Source: Balanoglossus misakiensis (taxonomy: Eukaryota; Animalia; Hemichordata). From it: a stretch of 64,000 nt of DNA. The notes beneath the pieces were generated by a model. It saw only the letters and a list, made by a program, of their open reading frames with translations. It had not been told where the DNA came from and did no database searches. This document shows, piece after piece, positions 27,701 to 39,145 of the stretch. The first letter of the stretch is position 1, and every line of letters starts with the position of its first letter. The position numbers were made by a program, and so were the translations under genes. The stretch is from positions 6,636,063-6,700,062 of the forward strand of contig CM082582.2 of assembly GCA_040954595.2 (NCBI GenBank), in the 5' to 3' direction.

Positions 27701-30700
27701 TGCCTTTGGCAGGAAAGATGAAATTAAGTTGGAGGAATCAGAGCAGCCGAAGACTGAAGCATCGTGCAGTGGAACAAGCTTGTTAGAAGTCCATGGAACT
27801 GCAAAAGTGTCACCCCTCACTCAGCTACCAGACCTAAAGATGGAAGAGGCAGACTTGTCTGAAATTGAGGAAGTGGACGTGGAAAGTATTCCACCGGAAA
27901 AGTTTCTCATGACAGAAGAGGGCAAGGAGTTCCGTGGAGGTGTAGACGGGCCCACTTCTGATGAAATGCTGAAGGGAAATATGGGCGACCTGAAAGAAGA
28001 AGATGACAGACCTGAAACTGTAGAGGAAACCAAGGAGACAATTTTCACTCAAGGAGATGGCGATGATGCAACACGTGATGATAATAACCAAACCGGATGT
28101 TTACCACAAAATGAAAATGATCAAGTCATGGATAATGATGATGGAGCAAAATTGGAAGATGGAGACGGGAGAGAAGAAAAGCAAAATCTTGCTGAACCTG
28201 AAGAGACGTCAAGATCAGTCTCGATGGAAACAGGCCCCAGCCAGGTGAATGTGGCAGAAAAAACATGCGTCACCCTCAGAACAGAAGAAAGCGTCGGTGG
28301 TGCATCAGTTACACATGATGACGTTGAAATGAACGAGGCAGAGGAGCCACATTCCATGGATTGCGAGTCGACGCCAGCACCCGTCGGTTTGAGTGAAGCC
28401 AGCAAAGAAACAGAGACAGAGAACGTCAAAACTATGCAAGTGCCAGTCGGGCAATCAGATGACGATCGGTCAGATTACTACAAGTACAACCTGCAGAAAT
28501 TAAACCGACACATGTTAGGTTATCTAGGCAAGGAATTCTTCAGGAGGATGACTTTCGATCCGGAGGGTCTCAGCGACTTCGTCTTGCGCCACAGGGAAGA
28601 GGGATTTCGTACGAGTCTGAGGCAGTTCTTTGAGGAGTATAAAAGCAAAGACCCGAGATCTGCCGACTGCTGGCAAAAGGAAGTAAGTGGCATCAAGCTG
28701 CGGCTTGTCCCAGATGATGCCGTGGATTCTGGCAAAAACATGTGCTGGATGGATACAGCTAGAGATGTCGGAGGGGCTGACGAGAGCGGTGCTAAGATAC
28801 AGGGACTAGGGTCTCCGGATAGCTTTGCAACATGTGAAATCGCAAATGAAAAAGCAGAACAGGAAAGCGATGAGGAAAACTTCCATGATTGCCTTGAAGA
28901 TGTGAGAGATGTTGACATGGCAGGTGGAACCGGAGATGGTGCGGAATCCAAGACAGATTTGACGGTTTCGACAGATGTCAAATCACCAGAAATGGTCGGC
29001 ACAGTGATTGATGGTGATGGGAGATGTGTTAGTCTAAAGGAAGCAGTAAGGTCAGACATTCCACAAACAGGAACAGGTAATGCATCACAAAAGGAAGATG
29101 CATCTTGTGGTTTAGTAGCTGACACAAAGGCTATATGTGATAACATGAGTGCTGCTGATGCTGACAGTGACAAATCAGAGAATAATGACAATGCTACCAA
29201 AGTAAATCCAGAGATTGGAACAGTGAGTTGTCATGTAAATTTGGCATCATTATCTCCACACAAGGCAGCCATCCAGGTAACCAGACCCGTGGTGGAAAAG
29301 TCTCCAGTTGAGAACTGCAGCTTGCAAGATGGAGACGGAGAAACTTCTGGAATGTGCAGCAGAAAAGAGGTCGATGCAGTCACCGGAGAAGCTGCAACAC
29401 TACCATATCGAGCGACAGGCGAAAAATCTGTATGCGAAAAGGACGAGGCAAAAACTGCCGTGACTATCAGCAAGAACCACCAGATCGGTGAATGCTCATC
29501 ATCAGTACAGGGTTGCCCTGACAACCAGCCAGTCGGTGAAGCAAGCAATAAGAGGCCACTGTCTGACGTTGATGGGAGCGATGATGAACCTTGCACCGGT
29601 CAGTCTCCAGTGCTCAAGAAGAGCAAGGTTGACTTTGACGCACATCGCGGTAAAGATCCCTTGCAGAAACCCAGGCCGTCCGTGTCCCGACTTCTGGAGG
29701 TGACTTGTTCCTTCGATGACGACAGCGACAGCAACTTCACCCCGCCTCTGGTGGATTTCGCGAATTTAGAAACTGATGAAGAGTACAGTGACAGCAACTT
29801 CACCCCACTCGTGGTGGATTTTCCAAATCCGGAACCAGATGAGGAGGAAAAGAGCAAAGACGGTGAAGAATCAATCGTTGCATCTCCTGAACCTTCATGT
29901 AAGAAGGAAAGAGTGAGTCAAGATGACCAGAATCAAAAGCTCATCACAGATGTTGATGTCGCTGGAAAGAAGGACGGAGCGGCGATCTGCAATGCTGGCA
30001 TTCAGATGTTGACTGGTTTAGCAAATTCCGGCAGTGTGGCTGTGGGTAGTGAAGAAGAAAAACGTGCCATGAGCAATCACACTTCAACACCAGGCAAGAC
30101 TGCCAAAGGATCTACAGGAATAAAAGATCAGGCTGGATTCGGCCATCTTAACAATGAAGATGATGATTTCTTCAGGCCAGTGGAGTTCGCTGAAATTCAG
30201 CCCGATCAAGGAGATAAGTCACCCCTTCCAAAATCTGTGGGTGCAGGCCGAGATTACGACAGTGATTGCAGCTCAGCAGATCTGCCTGACATGGACATAA
30301 ATAGTGAGGATGAATCTATAGGTGAATCAAGGGACACTTCGGGGAAAGCATCTGTATTGGGCGTGGGAGCGAAAAGAAAGTCTGAGTCTCCTTTGCCTGG
30401 AGAGAGCAAGAAAATCTGCGTGAAAGAGGAGCCGGGATCTGGCGATCCCTGGGTGGACATGGAAGCAGGGCCTAGCGGTCTCTGTGTGGATAAGGAGCCA
30501 GGGCCGAGCGGTGCTGAAACAAAGAAAGAAAAGCCTTCACCCAGCAAAATGGCCACGCTCGCCGGCAAAGTGGCAGCCGCCCTGGGGAAGGCCAAGGACA
30601 GCTCACTGGCGAAGAAGTTGCGGGAGATCTCCGGCACCAAGCAGCAGGAGTCGGAGAAAGACACGCCCGGAGCCCTGCCGTCGTCCAGCCGCGCCAAGAG

Positions 30701-33700
30701 GAAGCTGTTGCCCAGCGCGCGGAACGTGACCGTGGAGAACATAGCTCGTCACCACGACAACTGTAGCAGCGTGCTGAGGATGCTGAAGGAGACCCTGGAC
30801 AGCTGTGGTCATCTGAATAGCCTGACGACTATCAATAAATGGAAGTGAGTGATTTTGTCACGTCATTTTTTTACGTGTTTGTCGTGTGTCGTGCTTTGTA
30901 CATTGCATGTCTGAAGTACTGCTACATGTAACGTCGATTTCGATCAAAATGATACAAGAAAATTGTTGTTATTTACTTGGTTGGCAGTATCACAAACTAA
31001 AAGGAAATTCTTTGTGACATGTACATGTAGTGTTGCTGATTTTTTTTCAACATACACTGAAAGTCATGGAATTTTTAACCACTTCTGGAAAGTCCTAGAA
31101 AAAGGAGACATTTATATTCCTGGAAACTTGACTCTGATACTCATGTAAAATGTAGGTGATGATGAAAATGTGTCAAAAACCTGCACTTTTCTTGTTGGCT
31201 GTAAAAGGGTCATTTCTGACTGCAAACACTAGCAAGTTGAATTTCAGTGATGTAGTGCGTACAATCCCTGGAGTGTAAAAGGAATGATATAACATTGCGT
31301 CTTGTCAACAGAGATGAACTGAAAGAACTGCAGGAGAAGAAAACCCTGGCTAAGACGGTGATAGCTGTGGTTGGGGACACGGGTGCAGGGAAGAGCAGTC
31401 TCATGAACGCTCTGCTGGACGAAGAGGCCGTGCTGCCAACGTCTGGCATGAGAGCTTGCACGGCCGTAGTGGTGGAAATCGTCAACAATGAAAGCTCCAG
31501 CCGGTACGAAGCCGAGATCGATTTTCTCTCCGTGAAGGTAAGTTTTTGTGGCACAGTCATGGAAATTTATTGTGTACCACCTGAAAAAGTGAAGTATATA
31601 TGAACTTTAATCTTTAATATTCTGTTCACTATTGAGTGCAATACAGCAAAAATCATATTGTGGGGACATTAACTTTTAAAAGAAAATCATTATATGGTTG
31701 ATTATATGTAGGAATGGGACGACGAGCTGAAACTGTTACTGACCGAGCTCATTGATGCCAATGGTAAAGTGAAGTCGAGGCCTGATCCCAGGTCGGATAT
31801 CGGCATTGCGTACTCTAAAGTTCGCGACGTCTACGGTAAAATTGCGCCTTACGACGAATTGAAGAGAATGCGAAATGTCACAAAGAAGCTGGGAACAACA
31901 CAGAAATTATTTTGCCAGAGGGTGAGTGTTGTGTGAAATAAAAAATGCGTGGAAACATAAATGTAACATATATAGGACCTAGTCTGTGAAAAAATTTAAC
32001 ATGTGATGTTCCGGGTCGATTCCAGAGTGTTTCCTGTAAGTAAATTTCTCAACATTTTTACGTTTTCAGCCCCGCGATTTCCGTCGTCAGATCGACCGCT
32101 ACATCGACTCCAACAGCAACGACGCCAAGGGGTGTCGAAACGGCGGCCAGTTCTGGCCGATAGTCAAGCAGGTCAAGGTGAAGATTCCAAACTGCGGCGT
32201 TTGCAGCAGTGGTGCTGTGCTGGTCGATTTGCCCGGTGTCCGAGACTCCAATGCTGCCAGGGACAACATTGCCAAACAGGTTAGTTTTAATACCAAGCAT
32301 GGGGTTGCAGTTTATTTATGTTGCCAACAGTTACCAGATCCACTGTTGGTCAAGTCTCGTGGTTGTGTGTCTACTTCCAGATATATAAAGTTATCAGTGT
32401 AAGACACTTATTTCATTCCTGTTCTTGTACGTTCCTTGTGTTATATTATAGTATCTGAAGACGTGTACCGCAGTGTGGGTTGTGGCAGACATCACAAGGG
32501 CTGTGGACAACAAGACGGCGAAGGAACTCCTGGGCGAGAGTTTCCGCAGACAGTTGTTGATGGACGGACAGTACGGCAGTGTGGCTTTCATATGCACCAA
32601 GAACGATCTCATCAATCCATCGGAAATTATCAGGTGAGAGTGGAAGTTTAATTGTTACAGATCATCCAATTTGCCGGGAACGGTTTTAGCCAGTCTGGTT
32701 CCAACAAATAACCTGGAGTCAAACAACCTAAATGTTTCAGAGCTTCGCAAATTGAGAGTGGAAAACGCAATTTACACAGAATCTTTTTTTTCCGTCCACC
32801 AGGGCATTGAATCTTGGAGAGCAATGTGAATCCATCGAGAGTAAGATCGATGTGATCAAAGTGAACATGCAGTCATTGCAGGAGGAGAAGGATGAACTGG
32901 ACGACCGAAAGGAAGACATTGAGGCTGAACTTGAGTCGGCGCAGGACGACATCAACGATCTCAAGAAAGAGATTCACGATTTAGAAATGAGTGTCGAGGT
33001 GGTGAACCCAGATTTGGAGGAAGATGTGAGTTGTTTTCTGTCGTTGTTTTTGTTGTTGTTGTAGGCAGCATATACCATTAAGACACGGGATGTGGTTGTG
33101 AGAGAAGAAATGAAATGAAATCACTAAAAATTTTGATTTTGTTACGTACAGGATGAGGATTCTGATGACTGCTCAGAGGAACGCCAGCAGTTGGAGGAAC
33201 TGAGGCAGGAACTGAAAGAAAAGAAGGAATACAGGAAAGAAAAACGCGGGCAATTGGACAAAGTGGAGAAATTGTGTGCAGACAAAGTGAAAGAGGTAAC
33301 ATAATTAAAGAAATGATATGTTTAACTATATTTCATGACTTCCTTTGGTCAACAATTTCTGTCTTTGTAGTTAAAGTATACAATTTTTTGTCACATTTTG
33401 TTGTTTATTCTGCTAGGAAGTTCTATAACGTCACTTTACATGTAGCTGATGAACTTCCATAAACATGGCGAAAAATCAGCCATCTTGAAATTGTGTTGAC
33501 CACATGAGATTTCCATCACACACCTAGGTAGCAAAAACCTATTTAAGGTAGGGAGAATCGTGATGTTGATGCTGGTACATGAAATTGTTATTCCACAGAT
33601 ACTGCCGTATGAGAAGGCCATTGAAAGCAGACAGATGGAGTTGAGAGAGTTGTGTGCCAAGGCCAGAAACGACTTCGCCAAGACGCAGATCAAGAGAGAT

Positions 33701-36448
33701 TTCAAAGCTGGGCTTAAAGTAAGCAGAATAATAGACGTCTGTTCTCGTGAATTTTTTTTAGAAAAGACCCAAAGACGTTACCGCACTGTAAGTGACTGTT
33801 ATACTGTACATTAGTGTACGGTTAATTGTGCCAACACTGAGAAGGGCTTGTTCCCCGATTGTTTTTGTAAAACATGTCTGACACAAATAATGTTACAGGA
33901 GATGAAGAAGAAATCAGGGATGCTTCCTGAAGATGCAGACATCGAAGACGATGAGGACGAAGATGACACGACCTTTGACTCGGATGATGGTGATGTCGAT
34001 GATGAATTGATCAGCACTGCTGAAAATCTCAAAGTCTTCACCGTCAGTTCCACTGAGTACCTGAAGCTCAGAGGCAAGCTAACTAGAGATGGACCACCAC
34101 AGGTATAGTATATGCATTTTATAATCACAACAGAATTTCTTTTATTAAATGGTCTTGAAGCCTATTATCAACAATATCTAAATGCTAGAATTGTAAACCC
34201 AGGGCTCATAATACAATAACTAGTTTTCTCTTGAGTATTTTAATGGGCAGAACGTGTTGTTTTGAAGATATGTATTATATAGGAGAGTGCTGACCTTTAG
34301 AGAAATTTGTCTTTCTTTGAATACATAGTCCATTTTATTTCAGATTTGATCTAACTTTCACTGTCTTGCGTTGATTTCTCTTTAGGTGTTTTCCAACATT
34401 GCCGACACTCAGATTCCAGCCATCAGAGACTTTGTACACGAAATCACCAACACAAGGCGTTTGCAGGGAACCGAGAAACTCATCAGGAGCATCGGAAGAT
34501 ACGTAGAAGATTTGTACAGCTATCTGGCAGATGAAGGAACAGAGGTAAAGTACCGCGGTTGTGGTTTGTGATATTCTTGAACCCTTTCACCCCCCAGTTC
34601 CCACTTTAGAGGTCCAACCGTACAATGGAATACAATGGGTTTGGACTGAACCATGGTGATGTAAGGGTTAATCCCTTTTCAGATTTGTGATTCAGGATGA
34701 CTGTCTGTGACTTGTCAAGTAAAACACATAACATATCTGGTAAATAGACTTTCGGTGTGTGTGTTTTTCTGCAGAGTCAGCGAGCTCGTAGATGTGCCAA
34801 GTCCACCTTCGACAACCACCTAAGACTGTTACAAGAGAATTTGCACCCCATTTTAGAGAATCTTGCGACAGAGATAGGGGAGTCTTTCAATGGTTGCATT
34901 TTACCCAAACTGAAAGATGGAGTCGGCGCTGCGAAGGAACTCTCCATTGTCACACAGATGAAGTGGGGATCCAAGGTGGGTCTTAGAACGGGTGTCATTT
35001 CACAGCCAAACCAAGAAGCAGTACTCAAATACTCAAGATAGTTCCTGACACCAAGGAGAACTTTGCAAGATTCCTCTCTTACCATTTTATTTTTTTAGAA
35101 ATTATTTATTTCGAACCTTTATGACTTTTAGGTCAACAGAGACGATCGAAAATTGGGTGGTTTACCTTGGGCCACGTACAAAGCCGTCGTGAAAAGGAGT
35201 GGTGCTTATAATTCGCCTACTGCAGGGGCGTTAGATTTCAACCAAGATTTGTCCGAGCCTATCTACGCATCCATCATGATCCAGTGGGACAAAGTGTTCA
35301 GGTTTGTTACAGTAAATAGTGTAATTTTTTCATGTGTGCAGTGCGTTGAGAAGTCACCTTTCCTAGCTGTGACTAACATGTCACTGTTTGCCTTCAGATG
35401 AACCTGATTGAGTTGTCAATTCAGTATTCGAACTGCTAGTACAAAACCACAGTTGCTTGATGCATGGCTGATGTCCTACATTTAAACAGTCCTTGTTTGT
35501 TTGCTGTACATAGTGGAGCGCTGGCCCGAACTCTGGATTCCTGCGCGCAGACCATGCTGAAGACGCTGAAGAAATTCTTCCTGGATTTGACGAAGGAGCT
35601 GGAGACACTGGGAATGGCCTTGGATCGGGTGATGCGGGTCTCCCAACAGCAGATGGACAGTGCAGCCAACAAGGTCAGTCGGTGTCATGCGAGGTTACTC
35701 TGCCCTGCAGTCACCGTATTAATCTCCCAAGTCAAAACAGGAAGCAGTCGCACACTTGAGGGCAGATTTTGCTGTTACCATCAGAGGTAAAACGGACGTG
35801 CATGGCTTAGTGTGCCCCTGGGACGCGGTCAAGCTGTCAAGATGTTACGTACAACCAATGTTTTTTATATTTATTTTTTTATTCAGTTGAATACAGCGAT
35901 TGCTGAGTTGAAGGTCTTCATCCAGGACCGACAGCGCGACATCAATCGCATCATCACCCCGAGCATTCAAGACTTCATGGAGCCGGTGTACAACACGTGC
36001 ACCAACGAGAGTGGCCCTGGCAGTTTCAACTGGATGAAAGGCCACATGGAGACGCATGTGGTGATGTCGAGAGAGGTCATGTTTGATTGCGCCTCGGAAA
36101 AGATGCTGGAAGAGTTCATGATGTTGCAGGTGGGAGTTGCATAGTTACAATGCATGTATCTGTGTCAAGTGTTTCAACAGATCATGAAAATGATGAAATT
36201 GTAACAATGTATATTTTCATTGCAGCAAGAAATAGTTGGATATGTTGGCACCATCTTCAAGGCAATCTGCGATAATCTAGCCATACAATACCAACCATTC
36301 TGGGATTCTCCCATCAACACCAAATCACTGAGAGAAAATCTACTGACAGGTAAATCAAGAATTCTTCCTCCCCAACGTAACTGTTCCCTATTCCATGCTT
36401 GAGGGGAAATTGTTTGGTTGATAGAGGCCGTATTGACATGGAACCATT

Positions 36449-36490
<42 letters not shown>

Positions 36491-36513
36491 TAGATAGATA
36501 GATAGATAGATAT

Positions 36514-36585
<72 letters not shown>

Positions 36586-39145
36586 ACAGACAGACAGACA
36601 GACAGATAGATAGATAGATTCAAAATGGGAAAACATCTACGTCGGGAATATTTTAAAATTCAGAGCAGGCGTGTGGATATTTTCATATATATATATTTTT
36701 TATTATAGGTGTTCTACAGTGCAGAGAGAAGGTGAAGGCTATATACACAGATGCCAAGATAGTTGTGGAGAAATCAAATCTACTGGAAAACAAAACCTGG
36801 GGACCTGCATCTCGCGCTGCAGAGCCGACGAAAGCAGCTGGAGTCAAATCCAATCAGGAGGCCAGTTCCAGCAACGCGTCGGGTTCTAATGATTGCGGGT
36901 CGTCGATGGCGATCAGCCTTGGAACCGCGCGTCCGTCTGGAATTGAGCGCACCGCACCGCCGTCGCTGTGCCGGCCGAACAGCCAACCGGCAAATGGTGG
37001 CCAGCAGTTTATTCCAGTCAGGCCTGGGGTGGAGAACCGTCACGTTCGAGGCGGTTCTGTTCTGAAGACCGTGGACACTCGACCAGCCAACCACCCAACT
37101 ACTGCAGGAGCTGCAGCTAAGCCAGGGACTAGTAGGCTAGTTCAGCACATTTCTCTCTCAAAATCGACATGTACACCGACCCCAAGTGGAACGCAAGCCA
37201 CGGGGGTTCGGGCTACAACGGGGACACAGCAAATGTACAGAAATTTCTCGATCCTCAACAATACAGCCACTCAGCCGTCCGGACAGCAACCTACACATGC
37301 ATCATCATCATCAGCAGCAGCAGCGAACAAACCCCTGGGATATGCAGCCAACATCACCCAGTATCCAATTCCAGGGCAGCCCGGCATGCGTGTGCTGAAG
37401 TTGCAAGGTAAACAAACTGTAGCGACAGTGTTGCAGCAATTAATTAGCCGAGGTTATAAGGTACAGAGTCAAAGCCAGGTAGCTGCAGGGACAGTGTCCG
37501 GGGTCGATGCGATTCCCGGCCAGACATCAACACAGGCTACTAGTGGTGAGTTTTTGCTTTCTACAAAAATACAATAATTTAGGGAAGATGCCATTTTCAC
37601 ACAGGCTGTACCTCGCGGAATCTGGGGTATACCTCAAACGTTAGTCTTTTCCTCATGTGGTCATTTCTGCATTTGTGTCTTCACAGCTAAAACAACTGCA
37701 AGTAAACCGTCTATTCTAATACCCCCTTTGCATCAAGGACCTTCGGGTGCCAAACAGAGAGGCGGTGTTGCACACTCTGTTGCTTCTTACAGGAGGGTAT
37801 CTTCATCAGTGCCCTCTGCTAGCAGCTTTGCAGGTGTGCCTTCGTGCAGGCCAGGGACTGGGTACAGCTCTCTGCTGAGGTCCATAGATGCCAGTTCGCC
37901 CGTAAAGAAAACCGCACATCCTGCACCTAAGCCGGGGACTCGGCCAGTTCAACACAGTTCTCTCCCCAAGACTACGTGTACTCCTACCAAGCCAACTGCA
38001 ACGCAAGCCAGAGGAGTTCCAGCTAAAGCGGGGACACAGCATGCGCAAATGTACAGAAATGTCCCGGTCCCCAAATGCACAGTCGCCCCCCAGCCGTCTA
38101 GACAGCAACCTACAGCAGCATCATCATCAGCAGCAGCAGCAGCAAACAAACCCCTCGGATATGCAGCCAGCATCACCCAGCCTCCAATCCCAAGGCACCC
38201 TGGCACGCGCGTGGTGAAGTTGCAAGGTAAACAAACTGCAGCGACAGTGTTACAGCAATTAATTAGCCTAGGTTATAAGGTACAGAGTCAGAGCCAGGTA
38301 GCTGCAGGGACAGAGTCTAAGGTTGCAATCCCCAGCCAGACATCAACTAGCGGTGAGTTTTACTATCTATAAGCTGATAGTCAGTACTAGGGAATCATTA
38401 TAACAGTTTTTGTCTCAGATTGGCCAAATCATATGTCCCAAATCCATAAATATGGATGTACATATACAGATCGGTATGAATGCATGCATGCATGCATACA
38501 TTCACATACCTACTTTCCACATTGCGTTGATTTAAAAAAAGACATGCTATGAAGTTTTGAAGAATATTTATTTTGTGATAAGTGCTGGTTTGTCCTTCAC
38601 TCACATCGATTCTGTAACCATTACATTCGCAGGCAAGGCTGCTGTCAGAAATCCATCGGTTCCACCACGGGCTATGCAACACAGACCTGTTGTCGATGTC
38701 AAACAGACTGCTGGTGTTGCACAGTACAGTGGGGCTTCGAAACGGGTGGCGACTTCAACATCGCCCTCTGTGGGCGGGTTTGCAGGTGTGGGAGTGAAAC
38801 AAGAGTCCGGTTGCCCATCCACCACGCCTCGTGGCCACAAGAGGAAGCCGATAGCACTTAGCGGTGAGTGATTCACAAATCATTCAATTGGGAAGAGTAG
38901 AATCTATTTCCTTGATATGAAAATTGCCCCAAATTTGGACACACCCTCCCCCTTGACATCTGCTCAGTAGGGCACTTACATGCAAATGACTGTGGGTTTG
39001 TTTTTTCTCAGGTGTCATAGACCTGACCCAAGACACAAGTGATGATGAAGACAAAGGTAAACATGGCTCTGCCTACCAACCGCCCAAGAAAAAGAAGAAT
39101 AGAAAACGCAAGAAAGGCAGAAATTGGCACAAGAAAAATCACTAG
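23873..39145 (+). CDS. 24-exon gene (~3466 aa): TCF19-like FHA domain, giant acidic disordered region, NUGGC/SLIP-GC-like dynamin-superfamily GTPase with coiled-coil insert, low-complexity repeats, SIM and NLS
   Basis: GT-AG exons with consistent phases: 23873-23964, 24254-24444, 24596-24705, 24856-24915, 25182-25341, 25501-30844, 31312-31537, 31712-31921, 32070-32279, 32452-32633, 32803-33025, 33152-33295, 33599-33718, 33899-34102, 34386-34544, 34775-34975, 35132-35301, 35514-35673, 35887-36129, 36226-36349, 36709-37545, 37687-38352, 38633-38863, 39012-39145 (TAG). Total 10401 nt. AATAAA at 39776-39781. Confidence 0.85.
31312..36349 (+). other. NUGGC/SLIP-GC-type dynamin-like GTPase domain plus C-terminal helical domain
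   Basis: G1 GDTGAGKSS, G2 in LPTSGMRACTA, family motif FWPIVKQV, G3 LVDLPG(VRDSNAARD), VWVVADITRAVD, LLGESFRRQLLMDGQY, G4 CTKND. C-terminal GLPWATYKAVVKRSGAY..DFNQDL motif typical of this family. Confidence 0.9.
34577..34671 (+). mobile_element. ~95-bp MITE copy, same family, intronic
   Basis: AACCCTTTCACCCC..AGAGGTCCAACC..ACAATGGGTTTGGACTGAACCATGGTGATGTAAGGGTTAA. Confidence 0.78.
36451..36619. repeat. (GATA)n/(GACA)n compound microsatellite, intronic
   Basis: Visible tetranucleotide array. Confidence 0.97.

Noticed and set aside
25476-30848. 1790-aa ORF as a stand-alone gene
   Set aside because: Its GTG start lies in an intron and its stop is part of the GTGAGT donor; it is an internal exon.
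36388-36636. SIYL-repeat ORF
   Set aside because: Translation of the (GATA)n microsatellite.
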